From NCBI GenBank assembly GCA_002269645.1, contig NIVC01002223.1, positions 1 through 22,885 of the forward strand: a stretch of DNA of 22,885 nucleotides, read 5' to 3'. Below the pieces are notes generated by a model. It was not told the DNA's origin. It searched no databases and saw only the letters and a program-made list of their open reading frames with translations. A program made the position numbers and the translations under genes. The stretch comes from Macrostomum lignano (Eukaryota). Each line of letters starts with the position of its first letter. Positions within the stretch are counted from its first letter, which is position 1. This document shows positions 9,580-19,573 of the stretch, one piece after another.

Positions 9580-10520
9580 TCTGATTATTCATTTGGATGC
9601 TGGGGTCTTTGTTGCATTGCTGATTATTCATTTGGATACTGGGGTCTTTGTTGCATTGCTGATTAATTCATTTGGATGCTGGGGTCTTTGTTGCATTGCT
9701 GATTATTCATTTGGATACTGGGGTCTTTGTTGCATTGCTGATTAATTCATTTGGATGCTGGGGTCTTTGTTGCATTGCTGATTAATTCTTTTGGATGCTG
9801 GGGTCTTTGTTGCATTGCTGATTATTCAGTTGGATACTGGGGTCTTTGTTGCATTGCTGATTATTCAGTTGGATACTGGGGTCTCTGTTGCATTGCTGAT
9901 TATTCAGTTGGATACTGGGGTCTTTGTTGCATTGCTGATTATTCAGTTGGATACTGGGGTCTCTGTTGCATTGCTGATTATTCATTTGAATACTGGGGTC
10001 TTTGTTGCATTGCTGATTATTCAGTTGGATACTGGGGTCTTTGTTGCATTGCTGATTAATTCATTTGGATACTGGGGTCTTTGTTGCATTGCTGATTATT
10101 CAGTTGGATACTGGGGTCTTTGTTGCATTGCTGATTATTCAGTTGGATACTGGGGTCTCTGTTGCATTGCTGATTAATTCATTTGGATGCTGGGGTCTTT
10201 GTTGCATTGCTGATTATTCAGTTGGATACTGGGGTCTTTGTTGCATTGCTGATTATTCAGTTGGATACTGGGGTCTTTGTTGCATTGCTGATTAATTCAT
10301 TTGGATACTGGGGTCTTTGTTGCATTGCTGATTTATTCATTTGGATACTGGGGTCTTTGTTGCATTGCTGATTATTCAGTTGGATACTGGGTCTTTGTTG
10401 CATTGCTGATTAATTCATTTGGATGCTGGGGTCTTTGTTGCATTGCTGATTAATTCTTTTGGATGCTGGGGTCTTTGTTGCATTGCTGATTATTCAGTTG
10501 GATACTGGGGTCTTTGTTGC
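9580..10520. repeat. 39/40-bp minisatellite (TTGGATACTGGGGTCTTTGTTGCATTGCTGATTATTCAG)n, about 24 copies
   Basis: Unit read directly, with a 40-bp ATTAATTCAT variant interspersed. Confidence 0.97.
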
Positions 10521-11238
10521 TCAAAAATATTTATACTAAAAGTTTACTTCATGCGAAAGCCAATACCTATAGCCCTAGTCCGAATCTGAAAAGTCTTTGT
10601 TAATTCATCGATAAAGCTTGGGAGAAAGTACGGAAATCAGCTCGGCTCCAAAACAAATAGAGCAACAGATTAAGGAGGCTGGACTGAAGTTATGCTGCTA
10701 CATAAATATAGATAGTGCAATGCTAGTTATTACAGTTAACTATATACTTAACATTACTATTCCGTATAAAACAAGCTGAACTGACAATAAACAGATAAGC
10801 AGGCAATGAAAAGTGAGGATTAGCACACAGACAGAGTGGCAGTTGTTCGCACAGATTGATGCTACAAAATTTATCTTTCATAGCATTTAAACTTATTTAC
10901 AAAAAGCAGTGTATAAATAGTAATAGTAACCATGGGAACCAGTTAGAAAAAACCCAGTTTTTCGATTGGCTTTAAGACGCAATAAGTTATAGATGCGTTA
11001 GCTTTCTAGTGCTGATTTGCAAGACTAATGAATATAGTTGAACAATAGACTAGAATATAGATTGACACATTAAAGATAGCAGGTGTTATTAGTATTAATC
11101 CACTAGCACACTCCTCGCTTGAAAAGTAAAAAGTTACAAAATGTACTTCTGACTACTTCAATGGATTTCGTGACATTTCAATTTAAAAAATTCTTAATGA
11201 TATTTGGGCCTAGAGCCTGAGCATTTTTTGAGATTTAG

Positions 11239-11250
11239 TTTATTTTTATT
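11239..11250 (-). terminator. Tandem AATAAA signals, candidate SPOP polyadenylation signal
   Basis: TTTATT at 11239-11244 and 11245-11250 on plus, about 120 nt past the SPOP stop. Confidence 0.4.
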
Positions 11251-11365
11251 TAGATTAATAAATCTTGGTAATAAAGGCTTTTAGTTGACTACAGCCAGGC
11301 TCTTTAAACTATGCACTATTGAATTGAAACAATGGTAGAAAAAAGCGCAATAAATAAAATAAATT

Positions 11366-11641
11366 TCAACTAGCCGGCAGCTTCATTCGCTTTTTAGGTG
11401 TCGGCCCCATGGGCGGCGCGGCCTGAGCGGCCAGGGCTTTGAAGGCTTCGGCAACCAGGTGCGGCTGTCGGCGGACCATCTGGTCCCAGCCGGGGGACTC
11501 GGCGACCCGGGAGGCGTTGGCCAGAATGAACTGGCTGGCCCGTTGGCGCAGCTGAGCGGCGCAGTGCAGGTCGGCCAGCACCAGACAGTCGCAGACGTTT
11601 TCAACTGTCAGGGCGGCGGCTAGGGACTCTTCGCACATCAC
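11366..11641 (-). CDS. SPOP: Speckle-type POZ protein, coding exon 5 (BACK domain, C-terminal NLS)
   Basis: Acceptor catcAG (11643-11642). VMCEESLAAALTVENVCDCLVLADLHCAAQLR...PHLVAEAFKALA...PKKRMKLPAS then TGA, matching SPOP VMCE, LADLH, HPHLVAEA and the basic NLS. Confidence 0.95.
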   Translation of the reverse strand: MMCEESLAAALTVENVCDCLVLADLHCAAQLRQRASQFILANASRVAESPGWDQMVRRQPHLVAEAFKALAAQAAPPMGPTPKKRMKLPAS

Positions 11642-11924
11642 CTGATGGGGAAGGGGCCGATGGGGGGTTGCTAGTATAAAATGAGTGAGGAAAAAAAGAG
11701 ACAGAGGGATAAGAGACACGGGAATAGAGAAGGAAAGAAAAGGGAGGAATACGACAGATGGAAGGAGGTAGTTGACAAAGTAATAAGGGAGAGCAAGTGA
11801 GAAGCGGGGAGGTGAAGAGGGAGTTGCACTCCCAGCGGATGTCTATGGCCATGTCTGGACAGAGGGAGAGAAAATGACATTCTCGCGGCTTTCTTAGTCA
11901 TCTATTCAGTTCATCTGCCATCGT

Positions 11925-12300
11925 CTCTGTTTACTCTGTTTTATCTCCCTCTGTGACCAGTTCAACATTTTTATTCTTATCTCTCTCTCCTGTCTCCTTT
12001 CTGTCTTCTGATTGGCTCTTCAATCTGACCTTTTTCCTCAGTCCGCGCACTTCACCCACCCCTCGTTTCTGTTTACTCTGTTTTCTCTCCCTCTGTCTAG
12101 TTCAGTCTCGTTATTCTTATCTCTCTCCCCCTTGCTGCCTTCTGATTGGCTCTTCAATCTGACCTCTTTCCTCAGTCCGCGCACTTCACCCACCCCTCGT
12201 TTCTGTTTACTCTGTTTTCTCTCCCTCTGTCTAGTTCAGTCTCGTTATTCTTATCTCTCTCCCTTGCTGGCTTCTGATTGGCTCTTCAGTCTGACCTCTT
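11925..12300. repeat. About 133-bp pyrimidine-rich tandem repeat, about 3 copies, in SPOP intron 4
   Basis: CTGATTGGCTCTTC recurs at 12008, 12142 and 12274. Confidence 0.92.
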
Positions 12301-12409
12301 CAAACAGAAGCACAGCTGCACATGTAGATAAGAGAAGCAACAGGGTGGCTGGGGAGCTGAAGGGTAGAGAATCAGACAGAGCCCCGGAGAAGCAAGCAGA
12401 GTCAGTCAC

Positions 12410-12787
12410 CTTGAGCCGGTCCAGCTGGTATTTGTCAGCCGCAGGCAGCAAGCTGTCGGCCATCTGGTCCAGCCGCGGCGCTCGGCCGCTGTACACGTAG
12501 CGCAGCACCTCCCGCATCGTGTCCTCGTCGACATCTTCAACAACAACCCGGCTGGCGCGGCTCTCCTCCATCTGGTGCTGGAACATTGCCTGGAACACTG
12601 GTGACCGGGCCGACAGCACCGCTTTGTGCGCCGGAAGCTCCGCCCCGCCGATGCACAGCGTCAGATCCGCGTGCTGGCCGCGCTCCAACAGCTGGCCGAG
12701 ATCGTCCGCCAGGCGGCACTCCGGCAGCCGGACAGACTGGGCGCTGGACTGGCCAGCCAGGTTCTCCGTCTCGCCGACTACAGACAC
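12410..12787 (-). CDS. SPOP: Speckle-type POZ protein, coding exon 4 (BTB domain)
   Basis: Acceptor ctcgcAG (12789-12788), donor AAG|GTGACT (12409). VSVVGETEN...PECRLADDLG...AHKAVLSARSPVFQAMFQHQMEES...LLPAADKYQLDRLK; 378 nt, phase 0-0. Confidence 0.96.
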
Positions 12788-12805
12788 CTGCGAGAAGGCG
12801 ACGAT

Positions 12806-13125
12806 GGTCCTGACAATGTCTGACATTGTGATGATTGGTCCTGACAATGTCTAACCATTGCAATGATTGGTCCTGACAATGTCTGACATTGCAATGATTG
12901 GTCCTGACAATGTGACAATGTCTGACATTGCGATGGTTGGTCCTGACAATGTCTGACCATTGCGATGGTTGGTCCTGACAATGTCTGACTATTGCGATGG
13001 TGGTCCTGACAATGTGACAATGTCTGACATTGCGATGATAGTCCTGACAATGTCTGACCATTGCGATGGTTGGTCCTGACAATGTCTGACCATTGCGATG
13101 ATAGTCCTGACAATGTCTGATCATT
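12806..13125. repeat. About 31-bp minisatellite (TCCTGACAATGTCTGAC(C)ATTGCGATG(A/G)TTGG)n in SPOP intron 3
   Basis: Read directly; about 10 variable units. Confidence 0.93.
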
Positions 13126-13164
13126 TTAATATTGATCTATTTTGACCATTTTTTGGCTCTATCA

Positions 13165-13413
<249 letters not shown>

Positions 13414-13466
13414 CTACTAAGACTGCGTATCAGTAGCGTAGGATGCAAATAGCAAACCATACGAAC

Positions 13467-13621
13467 CCATAGCTTTTGTCTCCTCGCGTTTAGCATTTAG
13501 CAAAGAGAATTTGAATTTTGCGCGAACTTCATTCCTGCTGCCGCAATTCACCAACAGCAGGTAGAGGGACAAGTAGTCCTTGCTCTCCTCGTCCAGGCCT
13601 TTCGGATTTATGCGAAGGCAC
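13467..13621 (-). CDS. SPOP: Speckle-type POZ protein, coding exon 2 (MATH domain)
   Basis: Acceptor ttccAG (13623-13622), donor G|GTTCGT (13466). (W)[51 protein letters not shown]; 155 nt. Confidence 0.96.
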
Positions 13622-13699
13622 CTGGAATTGAAGGCCATGCAATGCAAATTATTAAATGCTGATATTAAAATATAATATTTTCCTCGTTCTAATATTTAG

Positions 13700-14320
13700 T
13701 CACACTGATGCCTGCTTATTCTAATGTGTATTCACACTGATGTCCGCTTATTCTAATGTACATTCACACTGATGCCTGCTTATTCTAATGTGTATTCACA
13801 CTGATGTCCGCTTATTCTAATGTGCATTCACACTGATGTCCGCTTGTTCTAATGTACATTCACACTGATGTCCGCTTGTTCTAATGTGCATTCACACTGA
13901 TGTCCGCTTATTCTAATGTGCATTCACACTGATGTCCGCTTGTTCTAATGTGCATTCACACTGATGTCCGCTTGTTCTAATGTACATTCACACTGATGTC
14001 CGCTTATTCTAATGTGCATTCACACTGATGTCCGCTTGTTCTAATGTGAATTCACACTGATGTCCGCTTATTCTAATGTGCATTCACACTGATGTCCGCT
14101 TGTTCTAATGTGCATTCACACTGATGTCCGCTTGTTCTAATGTACATTCACACTGATGTCCGCTTGTTCTAATGTACATTCACACTGATGTCCGCTTGTT
14201 CTAATGTACATTCACACTGATGTCCGCTTGTTCTAATGTACATTCACACTGATGCCCGCTTATTCTAATGTACATTCACACTGATGCCCGCTTATTCTAA
14301 TGTACATTCACACTGATGTA
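13700..14320. repeat. 32-bp minisatellite (CACACTGATGTCCGCTT(A/G)TTCTAATGT(G/A)CATT)n, about 19 copies, SPOP intron 1
   Basis: Read directly. The AATGTACATT variant is a perfect palindrome. Confidence 0.96.
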
Positions 14321-15316
14321 CAATTATTTAACTTGGATCACGGAATAAAACGGTGTTCACTGAATATCATAACCAGCCCCTCACTCAAGAGTCAAAGTTT
14401 AATTCAACTTGTTATCAGTGAAGAACTTCAGAGTGCTACTAGCGTGAAATCGCGCCATTTCAAACAGCCGCGCGCACTCACAGCGCAGTTCTCTAATTCG
14501 TACTGGAAGCAATTTCTGGAAAATTCTAGAACTCGCGAGTAATGGACAGTCAGGCCGCCAGGCGGAGGGCAAGTGGCACCTTGGCGGGCATTTTTCGTAA
14601 CTGCGCACTGCCAGAGTCTAAACTGCAGATGGCTAAAAATAGACTTAGACAATTTTGTCAAGTGAAAAAGTCCTCTCCCCCGGACTGTTGCACTTTTCTC
14701 TCCTGGTAGCAAACTTTACAACAGACAGGAAATCATTGTTCACAAAAAACATCTAAGGGGAGAACTGAACAACTTATGTAGGGGATAAATTAGCAGCCCC
14801 GACTAACTGATATAACTAGAAGTGCAAGCACATTAGAATTGCCAGCCAAGTGTGGCGCCACCGCCTACTTAAGATTATTCTTATCGAAGCTATACTTATA
14901 AATGACCGACTAAGCCCTATACTAATTTATTACACTATAGAAGAACCCAGTTCTGTTATGTGACTAATAAAAATGATTGAACAAAGTTCAAATAGAGCGC
15001 TAACCTTTGACATTTGAATGCTTAGATTAAAATAATTTGTAGCCAAATAAAGCAGGGGTCACTGCAATGTCATCGCAGCTAAGATCTGATATGCCAATTG
15101 AATTACACAGATATTGCAAACTAGATGAGGATAGTAGCTGGTCCCTCCATGGACTACTATAGAAAGCATCTGGACCGGAAGGGTTATTGAAACAGCAAAG
15201 TTCGATACGATTGGAAATCACTCTCAATCAGATGGATGAAATCTGAATTCAAGGTAGTCACTATTGATAAACAAGATTAATACTTTCTGGATTTTGTGAG
15301 GTGCTCTATCACTTCT

Positions 15317-15767
15317 GTCTGTCTTGGTGTCTGTCGGTCTGTTTGTCTATCTGTCTTGGTGTCTGTCTGTCTGTTAGTCTGTCTGTCTGTTTGTCTATCT
15401 GTCTTGGTGTCTGTCTGTCTGTTAGTCTGTCTGTCTGTTTGTCTGTCTGTCTTGGTGTCTGTCTGTCTGTTAGTCTGTCTGTCTGTTTGTCTGTCTGTCT
15501 TGGTGTCTGTCTGTCTGTTAGTCTGTCTGTCTGTTTGTCTGTCTGTCTTGGTGTCTGTCTGTCTGTCTGTCTTGGTGTCTGTCTGTCTTGGTGTCTGTCT
15601 ATCTGTTAGTCTGTCTGTCTTGGTGTCTGTCTGTCTGTTAGTCTGTCTGTCTGTTTGTCTGTCTGTCTTGGTGTCTGTCTATCTGTTTGTCTGTCTGTCT
15701 TGGTGTCTGTCTGTCTGTTAGTCTGTCTGTCTTGGTGTCTGTCTATCTGTTTGTCTGTCTGTCTTGG

Positions 15768-15800
<33 letters not shown>

Positions 15801-15802
15801 TT
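15317..15802. repeat. Interrupted (TCTG)n microsatellite, SPOP intron 1
   Basis: TCTG runs interrupted by TTGGTG, TTAG and TTTG. Confidence 0.97.
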
Positions 15803-15900
15803 GTGAAGTATTTTCTATCCCTTTGCAGATGCTAAACGTTTTGTCCCGTCGTGGGTCAGAACTTCAGGCCCGTCTATGTCAAAACCTGTATAGGTCTCTA

Positions 15901-16647
15901 GGACCAGGAGCGGCCCAGACCCAGTTAAGAACCAGGAGCGGCCCAGACTCAGTTAAGAACCAGGAGCGGCCCAGACTCAGTTAAGAACCAGGAGCGGCCC
16001 AGACTCAGTTAAGAACCAGGAGTGGCCCAGACTCAGTTAAGAACCAGGAGCGGCCCAGACTCATTTAAGAACCAGGAGCGGCCCAGACCCAGTAAAGAAC
16101 CAGGAGCGGCCCAGACCCAGTAAAGAACCAGGAGCGGCCCAGACCCAGTAAAGAACCAGGAGCGGCCCAGACTCAGTTAAGGACCAGGAGCGGCCCAGAC
16201 CCAGTCAAGAACCAGGAGCGGCCCAGACTCAGTTAAGAACCAGGAGCGGCCCAGACCCAGTCAAGAACCAGGAGCGGCCCAGACTCAGTTAAGAACCAGG
16301 AGCGGCCCAGACTCAGTTAAGGACCAGGAGCGGTCCAGACTCAGTTAAGAACCAGGAGCGGCCCAGACTCAGTTAAGGACCAGGAGCGGCCCAGACCCAG
16401 TCAAGAACCAGGAGCGGCCCAGACTCAGTTAAGAACCAGGAGCGGCCCAGACTCAGTTAAGGACCAGGAGCGGTCCAGACTCAGTTAAGAACCAGGAGCG
16501 GCCCAGACTCAGTTAAGGACCAGGAGCGGCCCAGACCCAGTCAAGAACCAGGAGCGGCCCAGACTCAGTAAAGAACCAGGAGCGGCCCAGACTTATTTAA
16601 GACCCAGGAGCGGCCCAGACTCAGTAAAGACCCAGGAGCGGCCCAGC
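15901..16647. repeat. 28-bp minisatellite (ACCAGGAGCGGCCCAGACTCAGTTAAGA)n, about 26 copies, SPOP intron 1
   Basis: Period 28 (ACCAGG at 15931 and 15959). Confidence 0.97.
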
Positions 16648-17260
16648 CAAAGACTCGGGGACTTAATTTAAAAGTAACTCCTAAAACAAAAACAATAACT
16701 GTATAAGAGAAATAAAACTACATAACTATTCCATAGCAAACGAACCTCTCTCACATTCGCAAACACTCACTGTGTACACAGACTGCCGCTTGCACTCCTT
16801 CAGCACTCAAAGCCCCCTCTTACCCCTTGTTTTTCTATTCGTGTATAAACACTCCCTCAGTTCATGAAGTCCCAGTCTTGCAGTTGCTGTTTGCACTGCC
16901 ACTGGCCCCGATTACACAGGGCTTAAGTATTGGTCTTAACACACTGTTGAGCTCGTGAAAATATGCAAAACACCCCCCCCCCCCCCTAGAGGAGACAGAC
17001 CAGTCAGCTCCCCCCCAGTCGGGTGTCTGTTTAAACGAGTTATGCTACTGTGTCAGTTTGCCAAATGACGCATGATACAGAACAGCGAAATGTTTTTCTT
17101 GAAGAATGATACACGCGTTAATGCGCCTGGATTAATGAACCAAAACGGGCTTGGCTACACAGTGCATGCAACTGGCTTCAGGAAATTTGGAAATAATCAA
17201 AACAAACAATTGGAAAGGACAACAAGTGCAAAAGTAACACTAACCCGTGTACACGAATCT

Positions 17261-17592
17261 GGGGTTGCAGCCTGGTGGTCAGGGGGTCAGACTCACGACA
17301 TAAAGGTTGGGGGTTCGATTCTCAATCCAGTTGGAACAATTTGAGTCCTTGAGCAAGACACTTAACTCTGCATTGCTTCAGTTCACCCAGCTGTAAAATG
17401 GGTGCCAACATTAGCTGGGGCAATTGAGGGTGTGTGTGGCGACCCCCCCCCCACCAGTCCTTGGACTGAACAGCCGTACGCAGCCTTCAGATGCGCCGCG
17501 CAATAGCTGCGGCTGAGCTGTCGGTTGCAATCTGCCCATTGGGGCAGGTAATGAATTACTATTACTATTATTATTTATTATTATCATTACTA
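17261..17592 (+). mobile_element. tRNA-derived SINE with CORE-like central domain, antisense in SPOP intron 1
   Basis: tRNA-like head with an A-box-like CAGCCTGGTGG and B box GGTTCGATTCTC (17312-17323). Segment 17341-17403 (GTCCTTGAGCAAGACACTTAAC...GCTTCAGTTCACCCAGCTGTAAAATGGG) aligns by eye to the MIR/CORE consensus (GACCTTGGGCAAGTCACTTAAC...GCCTCAGTTTCCTCATCTGTAAAATGGG). A 3' stem-loop and a (TTA/CTA)-rich tail follow. Confidence 0.8.
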
Positions 17593-17773
17593 ACTTCAAA
17601 TCTACGTGTAGTTAATTCAATTTTTCGTTTTTTGCTGCCTCCTCCAACGGGATGCGTAGATTGCTAGTCTAAGCTAAAATATGAATACAAAGATCAAAGC
17701 TACACATACATCAAACTAATAAACGCATTCAGACTCAAAGCCCTGCTCAAATAAAAGCAGACTTTCGACTCAC

Positions 17774-18018
17774 CATCGCAGTTTATCATTCGGCCCCGCC
17801 GAGAACGTAGACGATTTGAGAACTTCGCCCATCTCCTCTCGACAGAAGCTAAAATTATGAATAGCCCACAGGTAGGTGAATTTAGTAACTTTCATCTGGG
17901 TGCAGCACCAGCTCTCGGCCACGGGCGGGCCCAAATCCGGCGGCATAGAGGGACTGCCCGGCCGGGACGAGGAGGACCCGGCAACCGAGGTCGGGTCGTT
18001 GGTAGAGTCGAGCATCAT
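17774..18018 (-). CDS. SPOP: Speckle-type POZ protein, coding exon 1 from the first genomic in-frame ATG (true start may lie further 5', see findings)
   Basis: MMLDSTND...[52 protein letters not shown](W), donor TG|GTGAGT (17773). Matches [11 protein letters not shown] and [12 protein letters not shown]. Spliced total 1182 nt = 393 aa plus stop. Confidence 0.9.
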
Positions 18019-18173
18019 GATGGGGTCCGGCGGCGGGCGCTGCTGGATGACAGGGCGCAGAGGCGGCAGCTCAAGTCCCAGGTGAGGCGGCTGGCCCACG
18101 CCCGGACTGTGCAGCCTGGGCTGGTGATGAGGAATGGCTGCGGCGGCTGGAGATGCTTCGAGTCTTGCTGCTT

Positions 18174-18203
18174 CTAAAGCAGCGGCTGCGGGATAAAAGT
18201 CAT
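18174..18203 (-). other. Out-of-frame u[12 protein letters not shown] in the SPOP 5' region
   Basis: gccATG at 18203-18201 and TAG at 18176-18174, read directly. Confidence 0.5.
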
Positions 18204-18389
18204 GGCTCTGAGGTTGCTGTTGTTGTTGCAGCCGAAGCTGCTGCTGGCACAGCGGCTGAATGGTGGCAGTCTATTGAATGAAACAATTCAACTCGAGATT
18301 GCCTCTTTAGGTTCGGGTGTAAGTACAGAAAATTTCTAACTTAAACTATTTTCTACTAAAAGAAAGGCCAGGCAAAAAAGGCAATGACC

Positions 18390-18660
18390 GGGCCAATAGC
18401 AGTTGCGAGCCAATCGTTGACGCGTTTGGTCAAGGCCGAAGGGGCGGCTTGTACGCTTATACTTGGAAACGAACCTGGCCTAATCCGACAAATTACGCAT
18501 TACTGCTGGGGCAGTGCGCAACACGAGGGAGTGCAGGCTGCACTTTAGTTACCCGACTAAAACGTGGGCGGCTGCCAGGCTGAGGCGGGTGGGGCGCATG
18601 GCGGACAGCAGAAGACAAGGGGGGGGTAAGGAAGGGCACTAAATGAGAGGAGAGGGTAAA
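18390..18660 (-). promoter_or_regulatory. GC-rich putative SPOP promoter (CCAAT and GGGGCG boxes)
   Basis: GAGCCAATC near 18407-18415 and GGGGCG boxes near 18441 and 18591, inside an otherwise AT-rich flank. Confidence 0.35.
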
Positions 18661-19247
18661 GACTGGCGCTGAATCAACCGTCTAGCGAGTGTCCGTTGAA
18701 AGTGCAAACAGGTGCAAAACTAATTATGGTTATTGATAATAGTCAAAGCGCACTTTAACTACAATCTCTTGGAGTTGTGCCATTTTGCCATTTTACCGCA
18801 GCCTTTTTATTTTATCGATTGATTTTAGCTATGAAATTATGAAACACTGTCAAGATAGGAGTAAAGGGGCATCCAAATTCACTGTACATTATTGAATCAG
18901 AATAGTTTGACATGAAATCATACAGCCTAACAACAAAATCTTAATTTACAACCATAGGACAAGGCAAATTAAGACAAAAATATTGAAACATAATCAAACT
19001 ACTTAATAAACTCCATTTCTACATTATGTTCATACTTTGAAGCTCATATTATACTTCAATATACTTAATTACATGCCTTGTCAAATGCCTACTGAGAGTA
19101 GTATGCAATGTATGAAGCATCAGTATGAAAGTTCCCCATGGCTAGTGCTAAGGAGTTGGACTAATAAACGATCATTTAGGTTGAGATCTAAATTGAAATA
19201 AGTCTAATACTTACTTTAAATAAAGTTTAAAGACATTTATTGTCATT

Positions 19248-19573
19248 TGTCATGTACATATTTAAGTAATACTTTTGGCTTTTGCAATAGGCTAAGTTAA
19301 GTACAATTTGAGGCAGCGCTGGATTCTACCGCTGTACTTATGACTAAGTGACTAGCTGATTGACTATTGAAATATTGACTGTACATCCAGTGTACCCACC
19401 ACCCCGATTTCGTACCCCGTGCGCCCCGCCACCCCAATGCGTTAATAATTATATATTGAGCTTCGTTTGTGTTAGCATCGTTTATGATTAATATATCGAG
19501 ACTGAGACATCGTTTATTCACAATACCAAATCATCGTGTTGCTCAGTTGAACTCTTAATTAAACGACGCGACA
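19248..19573 (+). repeat. Putative 5' LTR (TGTCA...CGACA)
   Basis: Ends in ACA just before the PBS-like motif, with ATTAAA at 19558-19563. Start TGTCATG at 19248 (alternative 19241). It cannot be confirmed without the 3' LTR. Confidence 0.45.

Noticed and set aside
9751-10371. Cys-rich (YWGLCCIADYSVG)n and related ORFs
   Set aside because: Translations of the 39/40-bp array; the frames break at every 40-bp variant.
13700-14320. CTGATG in each 32-bp unit suggesting a satellite hammerhead ribozyme as in schistosomes
   Set aside because: The core needs CUGAnGA and GAAA with three stems. The units read CTGATGTC or CTGATGCC and lack GAAA.
15027-15227. 66-aa minus-strand ORF in SPOP intron 1 as a possible alternative exon
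   Set aside because: No convincing in-phase acceptor and donor pair, AT-rich codon usage unlike the true exons, and exon 1 to exon 2 already gives an intact MATH domain.
15296-15984. Long Val/Cys/Leu/Ser ORFs
   Set aside because: Translations of the TCTG microsatellite.
17261-17330. Possible functional tRNA gene
   Set aside because: The acceptor and anticodon stems do not close, and the sequence continues into a CORE-like domain and tail, so it is called a SINE.
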